64,000 nucleotides of DNA from Macrostomum lignano (GCA_002269645.1 NIVC01002293.1:124001-188000); one strand, 5' to 3'. Numbered from the stretch's first letter, positions 12,165-25,353 are shown. Translations and numbers: made by a program. Notes: generated by a model from the letters alone, not told the origin.

Positions 12165-13760
12165 TTGTCATCGATGAGCTCGTTTGGGATGCTCGGCCTG
12201 ACCCCATTCTGAAAGTTGGATATGCGGACGATGTCACCGCGGTGGCATCTGGTCCGTCCCCTGATACCCTCAGGGACCTTCTTCAGAACTTTATCTACGC
12301 CGCTGAGCAATGGCGGACCGCTGTGGTTTAAGGCTCTCTTAGACTAAGACCGCAGCGATCATGTTCACCAGTAGGACCAAGTGGCAGATTCGGCCGCTCA
12401 CGCTTTACGGAAGGGAAATCCCCTTCTGCAAGCAGAGTAAATGTCTGGGTATTACCCTGGACCACAGGCTGAACTGGTCACCCCACGTTCAAACAAAAGC
12501 CAAAAAGGCCTTTACAGTCCTCGCGCAATTGCGCAGGGCTGTCGGCACCACCTGGGGGCTCACCCCCAAGCGCCTCTGGTGGATCTACACTGCAATGGTT
12601 AGGCCCGCTATCTCGTATGGCGGCCTGATCTGGGCTAGCGCCCTGCAGATAAAGACCTGTCTAGAGGCTCTCAGGAGAGCGCAAGGGCGCCCATGTCGCA
12701 CGATCATGAGCGCCCCTCCGTCTGCTCCTTACGATGGCCTCAACGCCTTCCTCAACATTCCCCCGCTGGACATCTTTGTCCGCAGGGAAGCGACTAAGAC
12801 TGCCCGCCGTCTAGCTGACGCTGGCATTCGAATCCAGCCCCATAGGGCCATGGCTAAGCGCAAGCTTCTGCCCCACGCCGACCTCTGCCTCAAGGACTTG
12901 AGAGACAGCGGCGGGCTCCACGTCCTATCTGACGGCGAACCCCGCAATCTCAACCTCTTTCAGCGCTACAAGGTCACCATCCCCTCTAGGGATGCTGCCA
13001 ATGACCACTGGAATTTCCAGGAGGTCCATTGCTACACGGACGGATCCATAAAAGACGGTCGCGCCGGCTTTGGGGTCTGCATCATCATCAACGGCCGCGT
13101 AATTGCCACGCATGCCCAGCACACTGGCAGACTCTCCACAGTCTTCCAGAACGAAGTCCTTGCCATCAGCTCTTGCGCTGCAGAGCTGAACGCCAAGGTT
13201 ACGAGAGGAAAGACTATTGTCATCCACTCCGACAGCCACACCACAACGAACTCCCGGACAGTCGCCGACTGCGCCCGGCAGCTCAACCTCCTGGCCAGAA
13301 GCAATACTGTCAGGCTAAAGTGGATCCCAGGGCACGCAGGGTTTCCGGGGAACGAGCTGGCAGACACCCTCGCCAAGAGGGGCGGCTATGGCTCTTTCTT
13401 CGGCCCTGCCCCTCTGGTCCCTATGCCCTTGACAGTCATCAATCGTCAGATCGACGACTAGGCTGACTCCCTCCACAGGGACAGATGGGCGGGCACCCAA
13501 AACTGCCTGGCAATTCCGTGCCGCGGTTCCTTGCCCCTCTCGCAGGCTCAGAAACGTCCATCTGAACCAAGATCGGAAGGATATTCGGGCCCTTGTCATG
13601 ACCTTTACCGGCCATGGCTACCTCGGCAGACACTGCTTCTTCCGAGGCGATCTCGAGAGTGAGCTTCATGCCCCTTTTGCGAGTAATGACCATGAAGATG
13701 CTCAGCACTTTGTTTGTCACTGCCCTTTCTTTACCAGAGACCGGCTACGCTGCGCTATTA
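12165..13760 (+). mobile_element. 5'-truncated RNase H-encoding non-LTR retrotransposon (I-group, LOA/Lian/Tad1-like): RT C-terminus, RNase H, Cys/His knuckle
   Basis: GYADDV near 12216-12233; ORF 12361-13461 with YTDGS, VFQNEV, IHSDS, KWIPGHAGFPGNELADTLAK; downstream EDAQHFVCHCP; frameshifts and a stop. Confidence 0.9.
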
Positions 13761-14145
13761 CGCTACGCTGCAATAGCCGCCGAACTGCAATAACAGTCAC
13801 AAGAGGAGTTAGAACTACAATAGCCTTCACGGGAAGAGTTGAAAGTGCAATAGCACTGTCACAAGAAGAGTTGGAACTAAAATACTCGCAATCGTCACAG
13901 GAAGAAAGCCGCTACAAATTCCCGATTGAGTCGCAAGAAAGTAAGCAGAAGGCCCAAGTCGAAATACTAATATAACTATAAGCCCTAGTGGACTTTTAAA
14001 GTAAGCCCTAGCTGAGGCATGCATAGTGTATTTGCAAATGAACATATCAACTAATAAGTTATCACAGGCAGTAGACTGCACGGCCTGCGAGAGGCTTAAA
14101 AACTTAATACATTGTAATAGCTGGTAGATATTATCAGCATCTGTT

Positions 14146-14441
14146 TCAAGCAGTTTCAAACACTGAGTTGAGGTACCTGCCACCGCACTTCTCTTTTGGA
14201 TTCCCGGCGCATGGTGTGTTGCACGCGCTGTCCTTGGCTTTGCCGTACTTATTGAATTTGTTGCCGCACCAGCAGTTGCCGCCGTCCTGTAGGCCCATGA
14301 ACTTTGTTTTCATTCGTTTTTTGCATACCTCGTTACACTCGGTGGGGTCCATGTGATTGCCGTGACCGCCTGGGATCAACAGGTCCCTGGACTGCGCCTT
14401 GTCCACGTAGCAACCCATGTACGTGAAAGTCTTACGCTTAA
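14146..14441 (-). CDS. Secreted WSC-domain protein, exon 2 of 2
   Basis: YMGCYVD...ECNEVC...GLQDGGNCWCGN...ACNTPCAGNPKEKCGG gives the 8-Cys WSC pattern; acceptor GCATTTCAG at 14442, phase 1; TGA at 14146-14148. Confidence 0.85.
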
Positions 14442-14643
14442 CTGAAATGCTCAAGGTGCAGGTCAGTTGGAATTGGAATTGAAAAGTTGAAGATTGTGAA
14501 ACTTTGTTGCTTAGAAGTTGTTTTAATTGTCTCAAGGCTCAGGGTTCTAGAAGCATTCATAATGTTCCAAAAGAAAACTATAACGATACAGTGCATGTAC
14601 CTGTAACTAACTAACCGAATAACTAACTGACTGAGTGACTGCC

Positions 14644-15382
<739 letters not shown>

Positions 15383-15444
15383 CTCTCTCAATGACCAGTT
15401 AACTAACCAATTATTTCTTGCGCAAAAATAATGCAACAACTCAC

Positions 15445-15556
15445 TGATTTGCCTGGTGATGAAGTTGCAACCAACGCAGCCACTAAAGCAGAATATTGAT
15501 GAGAACAGCCACACAGCTAGCATGCAGCGACAGAAGTTGACTCTAACGACTGTCAT
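15445..15556 (-). CDS. Secreted WSC-domain protein, exon 1 (signal peptide); spliced product 135 aa
   Basis: MTVVRVNFCRCMLAVWLFSSIFCFSGCVG is a hydrophobic leader; GTGAGT donor at 15444 is phase 1, matching the exon-2 acceptor. Confidence 0.7.
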
Positions 15557-16733
15557 TCTAACTGTTAAAAATCCAAGTTGGCCGACACGTAGTGCAGTTA
15601 GTGTTATTTCTCAATAGCTAGAGTTCAGTCCATGCAATCTCAGCCAAATTGTATTAAATGTAGCAGGCTAAGTGAGCTTTAACCTGAAAGTCCTTAATGT
15701 GGAATGCACGCTCGGATGTCAAAGCAGCTGGGCTAACTCAGATTAGAAATTTCCAAAATCGGTGGCCTCTGCCATAGAAGGATTGGCGCGTTTAACTCCC
15801 AACGTTTATATAGAATATCGTCAGCATATATAATTCGAGTTCGCAAGCATACTACGCTACTTACTACGCAACGCCAAAGTAGTAGTAGTAGTAAGAATTT
15901 GGCTCAGGCAGTTAGCCTGTTTGGCCAATATATTATACGGCAATGTATTTGGAAAAATTTTCGAAATAGAAGTTTATAAAGACGATTCGATGTTAATTGT
16001 AAAATATAATTAAGTATTTGAAAGCGTGCCAAAATTTTTTACGGTATTTTTGGACGAAAGTGACGACTAACAACGAAATGGCAAATTTAAAGTATTTAAA
16101 TAAGGGAATTATAATAGAATATGAATATGAGTATTGATGAGTATAAATATGAGTACAAAAAAGAGTCAAGCCAAGTATTTTACGATTAAGGAGTTTGTTC
16201 ATTATATTTTCATTAATTAAATTACAAGCCTACAGCTAATATATTATTCAATATTATAGCATGCATACAGAGTAGCCATACAAATCACATTTAAATATAC
16301 GCGTAATAATGTTCTGTAATTTTGCAAATGTAGATAATTTCTGCAGAAATGTACATGTACAATCCGAAGCTAAGCTAATTTTTCCTGCAACATCATCTAC
16401 ATGTTTACTCATATATTACGTACAAATTAGCTGGGCGCATGACAGGTCAGTCACAGGCAGCTTTAGGTGTAGGATCTTATAGGTCAGACGCATAGCCTCC
16501 AGAAGATTAATACTGAACATTGCCATACATGATTTAAGATGCGAAAAACTTTTCCGATGGCGGCTGTTGCTTGGATTGCGGCTGCTGGCCGTAGCGTATA
16601 CTACGTATGTACCATGCACTTGTACACGACGTCCGCACCACTCTCCATCGGGGTATGGGGGGTAAAACGGCTACAATGTACTACATCTATATGTAATACG
16701 TCTATATACATTTACGACTACAATATGAATGCT

Positions 16734-18120
16734 TAGCGGTGTCGAAACATATTTCAAAGTGGGGGGGGGACTATATTGTTGGGAGGGCACATTGCACATG
16801 ATTTTTTTAGTCTAAGGGAGGGCACCCTAACTCTTGCTGTTATGTCAGTTTGTGACATTAATTCTGACAACCAGGCCAATATTCAATTATGTGTTGGAAG
16901 TGGCCAAAAGTCTGAAAAATGTTCGAATTTTCAACAAATTCAAACATTGCGCAACTGCACTGCACTGCATTATCAATTTATATAGTAAAATATCTCAAAT
17001 GAATGAAAATTGCCAGGGCAAGACCAGTAATTTTCTGGATCTCTTGGCTGCCTCCTTCAGTTCCTCTTGGCGCTGTCTCTTTATTCTGTTATCTAACGGC
17101 ATTTTGGTGCTTTTAGTTGCAGCGACAGCAGCGGTTTAAGTCTTGGGATTGCGCGGCGGACTCGGAATTTCGATCAGAGATGCCAAAGTAAAAGGGCTGA
17201 ATACTAAAACAGGGGTTGGCAAACTCCGACCTTGATGGCAAAATATCTGCAAAGCCACTCTATCCGGCCCTCGGATCCTTTGAATCTTCACAATAGCAAT
17301 CCGGCCCACTCGATGTTTGTGTCTCTTCTCAGCTCTCTTCCCTCACCTCTCTCTTCTCATATTCTCCTGTCCTGTCCTCTCCTCTCCTCTCCTCTCCTCT
17401 CCTCACATCTCCTCTCCTCACATCTCTCCTCTCCTCACATCTCTCCTCTCCTCTCATCTCCTCTCCTCACATCTCTCCTCTCCTCTCCTCTTCTCTCATC
17501 TCCTCTCCTCTCCTCTCCTCTCTTTCCTCTCCTCACCTCTCTCCTCTCCTCTCATCTACCGTTTTCTCTCCATTATTTTCTCCCTTCCCTCCGCTCCTTC
17601 TCTCCTCTCTCTTATATTTCGACTCTCCTCTCCCCATTCATCTCCCCTCTCCCCTCTCCTATTTTATCTCTGTTCTCGTCTACTCTCTTCTCCTTTATTC
17701 TTTCGCCTCTACTTTCTCCTGCGCTCGTATTTCTCTTGTCTATTCCCTATCCTCTCTCCCTATAGCCCGCAGTCATCAGGGACTCCTGGGCGCGCGTTTC
17801 GCTTAGGGGGCCCAGCGAAGGGGACCCAGAAGGGCAGTCATGCGCTGTTCTCAATCTGGCCCTTGAGGTAAAAAGTTTGCTGACCCCTGCACTAAAAGCA
17901 CTAGGCTAGTCACATTAGATAAAAACTGTAGTGGAATGGGATTGAGAACAACATGAACTATTATATCAGCTGGTACCCTTAGCTTCCAAGACTCAGAAAA
18001 GCCAATGCCGAAAACGGGCCGACACAATTGCTTGAAATTCAAAAAGGGCACTTGCAGGATCATGCTAAAAAGTGGGGGGCTCCAGCCCCCCCATGCCCCC
18101 CCCCAGTTCCGACACCCCTG
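16734..18120. mobile_element. Non-autonomous hAT element (outer) with a nested MITE
   Basis: Ends TAGCGGTGTCGAAAC / GTTCCGACACCCCTG; exact 8-bp TSD TGAATGCT at 16726-16733 and 18121-18128. Confidence 0.8.
17210..17889. mobile_element. Nested hAT (Charlie-like) MITE containing a (CTCCT)n polypyrimidine tract
   Basis: TIRs CAGGGGTTGGCAAACT / AGTTTGCTGACCCCTG; TSD TACTAAAA / CACTAAAA (7/8). Confidence 0.85.
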
Positions 18121-20989
18121 TGAATGCTTTTTTCCGTTATGAAAATTTCGTAAAATATTACATGAAAATAGTTTGGACCTACCCTCAATGTTATACCTGA
18201 GAGACTTTAATTGCAGCGACCTTAGATTATGAAATAAACTTTTAAACTGGGCCGGGGCTTGTAAATTGATGTCGGCTGGTACTATAAACTCTAGGATGGC
18301 TAAACTATATGATGGAAAATCTTAGTTTTCGTTTTTGTTTTATTTAGTTTCACGTACAAGCATTCCAGCTAGCTATACTAGCTGCAGGTGTTTAAGTGTT
18401 AAATCAATTTACTGTAGCTTAGTTAACCAATTTTAAAGTGATTTGGGGGGCGGCCACCCCCATTTTCATTGCCCTACAAAAAAGGTCCCCACCACAACCT
18501 CCGTTTGCTCAGTATGGCGCCCCTTCAGGGCGCCCTCTAGTGTATTACGGCGCCCCTCTAGTGTATATTATGGCGCCCCTCTAGTGTATATATTATGGCG
18601 CCCCTCTAGTTACTCCTGGTTAAAATCTGCTCCCCACATTTTATACCTCTTTATCCCCTCTGATCTGCACAGATGCACATTGTCCTCGTAAGAACCACCG
18701 GTTTGCGTGTATTTAAAAAGTTTAACAAAGAAACAGAAAAGCTAGTCTTCATTTTATGTTTAATAAGGATTAAGACACTTTCCTAGGTACCCTGTTTTAG
18801 CTTAATAGTTTGTATATATTTTAATAATAAGTAAATCGAGATCTAGAGACGGTTTTTCAATGAATGAATTATTGATTTACCACGAGTTTGATGAGGCAAG
18901 CTGAGGAAAAGGCTTTGACGTTAGAGTAAATATTGTGATTGGTAATAGGAATTTAACAGTCAGTTGAATCGAATTTAGAATTTATCCATATATTAATAAT
19001 TACTAGGCCCCTAGCTCATCAAAGACAGAATAAGATTCTGAATATGAAGATTAAAGTCGACAAATGGTATATTTTTAGTTGACTTTATTTATTTCTGAAA
19101 TTGATGGCATATATAGTCATAAATAGATACCAACAAGCAACAACTCATTTGTATTTGGAATTTGCTTTGTATATTTGATTGAATGAATAAATTAGAATAA
19201 TTGTAGTGCTAACATCAAGCTCAACTTGGTCATCTAGTTAAAATGAGTTAGTATGCCTTTAACTTAAAGTAGTTGCCCAGCCTATTTAAATTTATGATCT
19301 GCTTATAGTTATAGTTATATAGGCCTTTTATGATAGATAATTCTAGGATATAGAGGATATTAATATTGTCAACTAAACCAAATAATTAAACAAGCTAATC
19401 AAATTTCAGTTTTAATATAATGTAAAAATTTGTAATTTTGTAGCAATCGTTTATTTTACTGCGTTTAATTTTTTAATGGTTCTTTTTAAATTTCAGAACA
19501 TAAAGATGGTAGGAAGATAAAAGGTAAGTGTCTTTAAGTGTCAGGTAAGTCAATTAGTCAATAATAATGAGCCACCCAGTACAGGAAGTTGCCAAACTTC
19601 TTTCTAGGAGAGAGCCGGTGCCAGAGATAACAGATACTCGCTGAGATGGCTTTCAAACAGAGCTTCGGAAGTGCCATGCATTGCCCGGAACTTTGCCTTG
19701 ACATAGGCCCACAACCCCTAAATGGTGTTTGTGTGGATCGATGGGTTGTTAGGGTCAGCAAAATGAAGTCGATGATTCATAACATCGTGGTTCTGCAAGC
19801 CATTGTAGGCCTCCTATCCAAAGAAAAGTGAAAAATAATTAAATGCAATAAAGTAAAAAATTGCCAATTTTGTCAATATTGAAAAGATAAGGCTAAAGTT
19901 TTATATAGAAACAGTTTTATTGCCCCATATGTTTTTTATAAAAAATAAAACCAATTACTAAAATTTTTTTTGTTTAATTTTCTAGGCAATGCAAGCAAAA
20001 TTAGAAATAATAAGTAAAAAATATATAGGGCCTACTTAAGTAGCATTGGTATCTTAGTAAAGATATTAATCAAAAAAATTTCATTGAAAAAATATAATTC
20101 TGGGCATTACCTTGGCTGTCTTTGAGTCTTGACTTTATTTATAACATATAGGAACAATGTTTTAGCTTGCACAGATAAGTATAATTTAAAGTTAAGGATA
20201 GTATTAATTTCTATAAATTAAAAAAGAAAAAAGATTCTTTTCAACCTCTTTAGCATTCATTTATTAGGAATTTCTAAAAAGGTCCTTGGTTTTATTATAT
20301 TAATGAATCAAATTAATTATTAGTATTTTATTTTCAAATTAGATTTTTCTTTCAAATATTTATTAAATAAAAAATGAGTATTATTTAAAAACCTTAAAAA
20401 TTGATAAATGAATTTTAAAAAACATAATATTAAAATATTAAAAAACCAAGAGCAAAACACAATTGCATGAGCAGAGCAAGAGACTTTGGCTCAAGCAAAA
20501 CACACTAAATTTTAGGAATATTTTAGTAATATACCTGAGACCACCATATATCTATAAGGGGGCCATAGCCTAGCAGCCTAGCGTAGGCTCTGGTGTGCCA
20601 GCAACACAGGCTCGATTCTAAGGGCAGTCACATTAATTTGGGGCTGAATTGGAATCTTGGCTTGGCTCTGCTCATGCAATTAACGGCCTTGAGAGCCAAC
20701 CCCCAAGGCGCAGTGAAGTGTACATGCCTAACAATAAGTTAGGGCCGCTGTACACTCCTGTGTGAGTGTGTGCCTGCGTACATATCTGCGCACTTGTATG
20801 CCTGCTCAGGTGAGTCGGCGGAATGGGCAGTAATGCCTCTTGCTGGTTGTGTGCCTATGTCACTTAAAGTGCGCCAGGGTGCACACAACCCCCCTGCCTC
20901 TAAAAAAAGACCACCATATAAATTTTCAGTGCAATAGCTTCACCCATTATTGCACAATTCACACCTGACCATACCTACATTTTGGCTTG

Positions 20990-21540
20990 TGACAAAAGAT
21001 AGAAAATATCAGCTCAGAAAACATGCGCTTGCACAACTTAGCACAGGTAATAGGGGATCAAGCTTTATCTTGTCGCACCGTTGCACAATGGATTGAGGCT
21101 TTTGGCGCTGGCAGGAGCAGCCTCTGTGATGACCCTCAATCTGGGAGGCCGAGCATAGCCGTGAACAAGAGCAACATTGGCGCTGTGCAATTGCTGGTGG
21201 CTGAGGATCCAAACATTTCTGTTGCCATGCTTAGCCAGACACTTGACATATCTGAGAGCAGCGTTTTTACCACCCTGCATGAGCAGCTAGGGCTCAGGAA
21301 GATCACAGCTCGTTGGGTGCAGAGGCCGCAAGACCTGGCGCGCGCTCTCAATTCAAAGTTGAGGGCATTCACTGAATTGGAGTACCGCTGCGCCTTTGAT
21401 TTGTGGCTACAGAGGCATCAGAAGTGCATAGAGCGTGGCAGAGACTACATAGAAGGACTGTAAACCCTTACTTTTAGAATAATGAAGCTTGCACTAGATT
21501 TTAATAGCCTGTTGCCAAAACTTTTTGAATACCCCTCATA
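20990..21540 (+). mobile_element. Internally deleted mariner transposon remnant (HTH region fused to C-terminus)
   Basis: RTVAQW..F..GRSSLCDDPQSGRP, LHEQLGLRKITARWV and KCIERGRDYIEG motifs; DDD core missing; right end CAAAACTTTTTGAATACCCCTCA|TA. Confidence 0.85.
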
Positions 21541-21848
21541 TTGGTTTACTGTGCATGCAATTGAAAGCTTTATTTGGTTTTGACTATTTTATGATCTTTA
21601 ACATATGTTACCAAAATGTTATTTTTGTTACCAAATAATAGAATAAATGATTTAGAATATTTGTCTAAAGTTTGGATAATAGAACTTCAAGACAAATGAT
21701 TATTACGATATCTCAAAATTCAATGCTACTTTAGAGTAAAAAATCGATTCATAGTGAAATTACAGTAAAAAATCTAAACTCTAATCTAATGATACTTAAG
21801 GTAGTTATAGTTGTCTGCCATTAAATAGACTGATTAAATCATTGTAAC

Positions 21849-22015
21849 CATACATGCGCAACCTTGGGAATCACCTGGCCGTTTCTATTGGCAACACTTA
21901 CATACATGTAAGTCGCTATTAGCTGAGAGCAGTCACGTGACTACTATTCCGTCCAATTACATGTATGTTGCCAATAGAAACGGCCGAGTAAATCCCAAGG
22001 TTGCGCCCAAGCATG
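21849..22015. mobile_element. 167-bp palindromic MITE with CATACATGCGCAACC end and 8-bp TSD (P-element-like or hAT)
   Basis: Exact TSD ATTGTAAC at 21841-21848 and 22016-22023; ~40-bp internal inverted repeat; same end sequence as 56403-56678. Confidence 0.8.
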
Positions 22016-22112
22016 ATTGTAACAATGTTTCATTTCTAAAATTCATGACCGCTGCCCCTATTATCATCTCCCTAGCAACAGAGCCCAGCTTACCTTAGCA
22101 ACCGGAAATCCA

Positions 22113-22637
22113 ATGCCGAAAAAGAGTAACTCAGCGGCGGCTTCAGCTGCTGCGGCGGCGGCTATTAAATCATCGAAAGCGCCCTCGGCCGCTGGCAAGG
22201 CCGGCGCTGCCAATGGCGACGCCAAGTTCATCGACTCCATCGATCCCGAGGACCCTGAGTACCAGCGCCAGCTCATGCGACCAGCGGAGATCAAGGAGGA
22301 CCTGACGCTCATGGAGCAACGAAAACGCGTCTCATTGATACTCAACTCCGAGGCGTTCCGGCGCGAACTGGAGGAGATTGTTCAGTCCCAATTGAAGACT
22401 GGCGGCGCGCAGCCGGCCTCCCTTGACGCGCTTCGTCAGTTGAGCGACCTTCTAGCTCCGTCCGCTTCATCCAGCGTCGCCGCCGCCACCACCTCGGTGC
22501 TGCCAGTTAACGACCTTCGCGGCGGTGATGCGGCAGCCTACCAGCCTGAGGAGCGGCTGCTCCGCTGTAAGCTGGCCGCAGTCTATCGCCTGGTTGACCT
22601 GCACGGCTGGTCCGAGGGCATCTATAATCACGTGACC
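22113..22637 (+). CDS. ADD1: Adducin-family protein (class II aldolase/adducin head), exon 1 of 4
   Basis: DPEYQRQLMRPAEIKEDL..MEQRKRVSLILNSEAFRRELEEIV and ERLLRCKLAAVYRLVDLHGWSEGIYNHVT; GTGAGT donor at 22638, phase 0. Confidence 0.92.
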
Positions 22638-22850
22638 GTGAGTTTGGGTACACTGCGGGTCTGGACTGTATAATCACGTGACCGTGAGTGTGGGTACACT
22701 GCGGGTCTGGACTGTATAATCACGTGACCGTGAGTGTGGGTACACTGCGGGTCAGGACTGTATAATCACGTGACCGTGAGTGTGGGTACACTGCGGGTCT
22801 GGACTGTATAATCACGTGACCGTTAGTTTGGGTACACTGCGGGTCTGGAC
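22623..22850 (+). repeat. 46-bp x5 tandem repeat spanning the adducin exon 1 / intron 1 junction
   Basis: TATAATCACGTGACC|GTGAGT unit starts at 22623, 22669, 22715, 22761, 22807. Confidence 0.97.
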
Positions 22851-23006
22851 TACCTGCTGTTGCAGTAATAGATTTGTTTACATCACCCTCCAACATATGG
22901 GTCATGTTGACTGATGCAGTCTACTATGAACTATAATAGTGCCTCAAGTCTTGACTCAACGCGGTTCACTTAAGTCTTACAATTGCACATTTTCTATATT
23001 TCAATA

Positions 23007-23525
23007 TGTGGGTCAGCTTGAGTCACAATATTCCAGTATTTGTGGGTCAGCTTGAGTCACAATATTCCAGTATTTGTGGGTCAGCTTGAGTCACAATATT
23101 CCAGTATTTGTGGGTCAGCTTGAGTCACAGTATTCCAGTATTTGTGGGTCAGCTTGAGTCACAGTATTCCAGTATTTGTGGGTCAGCTTGAGTCACAGTA
23201 TTCCAGTATTTGTGGGTCAGCTTGAGTCACAGTATTCCAGTATTTGTGGGTCAGCTTGAGTCACAATATTCCAGTATTTGTGGGTCAGCTTGAGTCACAG
23301 TATTCCAGTATTTGTGGGTCAGCTTGAGTCACAGTATTCCAGTATTTGTGGGTCAGCTTGAGTCACAGTATTCCAGTATTTGTGGGTCAGCTTGAGTCAC
23401 AATCTTGGGTCACAATATTCCAGTATTTGTGGGTCAGCTTGGGTCACAATATTCCAGTATTTGTGGGTCAGCTTGAGTCACAATATTCCAGTATTTATGG
23501 GTCAGCTTGAGTCACAGTATTCCAG
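23007..23525. repeat. 34-bp minisatellite (~15 copies) in adducin intron 1
   Basis: TGTGGGTCAGCTTGAGTCACAGTATTCCAGTATT unit. Confidence 0.97.
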
Positions 23526-24179
23526 TGTAACTTACCAAGACCTACACAATAGTGTATTGCATGTCTTCTAGCTTCAGAATAGAGATAGTTAAACTAATAA
23601 ACAGTTTATTAAGCATAAGGGTTTATAAAGCATAGCTCAGAGTCAGGCGGGTAAGCACTAACTGTGCAGTTGCTATGTGGTCTTGCTTTCCATCATGCAG
23701 CGTTTCACAGGCCTGGTATTGCAATTGCACTGTCCTTCGGTCCTGTAGTTTGTGCTTAAGTCTGCTGCGGTCGGAAAGTGGGTCACAGGCAGTCAGAGAC
23801 AGGCTGTGTTGGTGCCCTGCGCCTATATGGGAATGCATTTTAGCGAGAGGAGTGCGACAACAATTTTTAGTTTACTAAAATAAATTTTTAACTTCGTCCG
23901 TTTGATTATAATGCACTTGAGTGTGCTTCTGAGCCACATTGGTGCACTGGTAGCTTATTGCTTCATCACTAAACATGTCCATCGGGGTCAGGCATTTTTG
24001 TATCGGTTATACTGTGTTAGGCAAAATATTTCAAAGATATTAAAAAAATAGCGCGCACTGACGTTCATGTGCTCAGAAATCGCGACCATATGAAACGAAA
24101 GTCCTGATGGCCTTGGCCAGGAGAGCGAAAGTGTTTTGATACCGGAGCGTCTTTTACAAACCTAATGTCACTAAGGTGG

Positions 24180-24525
24180 TACATACATAAATATATACAT
24201 ACATACATAAATACATCCACACACATACACATACACACATGCATACATACGCATACATACACACATATACATACACATGCATACATACATACATACATAC
24301 ACATACATACATGTACATACATACACATACATACATATACATACACATGCATACATACATACACGTACATACATACATATAGATACATAGATACACAAAT
24401 ACATACATACCCACATACATACATACATACATACATACCCACATACATACATACATACCCACATGCATACAAACATACCCACATACATACATACATACCC
24501 ACATGCATACAAACATACATGTATA
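24180..24525. repeat. (CATA/CACA)n microsatellite at the 3' end of adducin intron 1
   Basis: Direct. Confidence 0.95.
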
Positions 24526-24572
24526 GAACGGGGTTTCAAATCAGCCTGTCGCCCCCAATCTCCATACCGCAG

Positions 24573-25353
24573 GCCCGCGTGGAGGGCGCCAGCGAGCACT
24601 TCCTCATCAACCCGTTCGGCCTGGAGTACCGTGAGATCACCGCCGGCAGCCTGGTGAAGATCGACCTGGCCGGCGATATTGTCGATCGCGGCTGCACCGT
24701 CTTCGGCGTCAATAAGGCCGGCTGGGTGCTGCACTCGGCCATTCACTCGGCCAGGCCGGACATCCGGGCCATTGTGCACCTGCACTCTAACGAAGCCCTG
24801 GCCGTGGCCAACAGCCGCTGCGGCCTGCTGCCGCTGTGCCCGGAGGCCCTGGCCATCATGGACGAAGTCGCTTTTCACGATTTCCACGGCATCGTGTCGG
24901 ACGAGAGCGAGCGGCCGGCCCTCATCGAATCCATCGGACAGAAAGCCACCGTCCTGCTGTTGCGTCATCACGGAGTCTGCGTCTGCGGCGCAACTTTAGA
25001 AGAGGCCTGGCGCCGTACCGAGCTGCTGATGACCGCCGCCAGGATTCAGTTGGAGAGTCTGCGCGCGGCCGGCGGCCCGGACAATCTCTGGCTGCCGTCT
25101 GAGGCCGCCGTGGCCGCTGGCAAAGCCGCCGCGGCCAGGTCCGGCGCCAATGGCTGGAGCTTCGGCCAGCTGGAGTTCGAGGCCGCCATGCGCGAGCTGG
25201 ACGGCGCCGGCTACCGGACTGGCTACGTGTACAAGGAGCCGCGTCTGCGGGCGCCCGAGGACCGGCCAAGGAAGCCACAGCAGCCGCCCACGCCACCGCC
25301 AGAGGAGGAGGAGGCTGTGGCCGCCCCGGCTGAAGATGAGGCTAATGCTCCTG
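24573..25353 (+). CDS. ADD1: Adducin-family protein, exon 2
   Basis: Acceptor CCATACCGCAG then ARVEGASEHFLINPFGLEYREITAGSLVKIDL, LHSAIHSARPD..VHLHS, LLLRHHG, GELEFEA.MRELD.AGYRTGY.YK; GTTAGT donor at 25354 (phase 1), or in-frame TAG at 25356 if unspliced. Confidence 0.92.

Noticed and set aside
20461-20688. Inverted repeat AATTGCATGAGCAGAGC as a MITE
   Set aside because: Only ~20 bp match, with no TSD or clear termini.
24165-24572. N-terminal part of the 397-aa ORF as adducin coding sequence
   Set aside because: It is the intronic CATA repeat read in frame; the real exon starts at the AG acceptor at 24572/24573.
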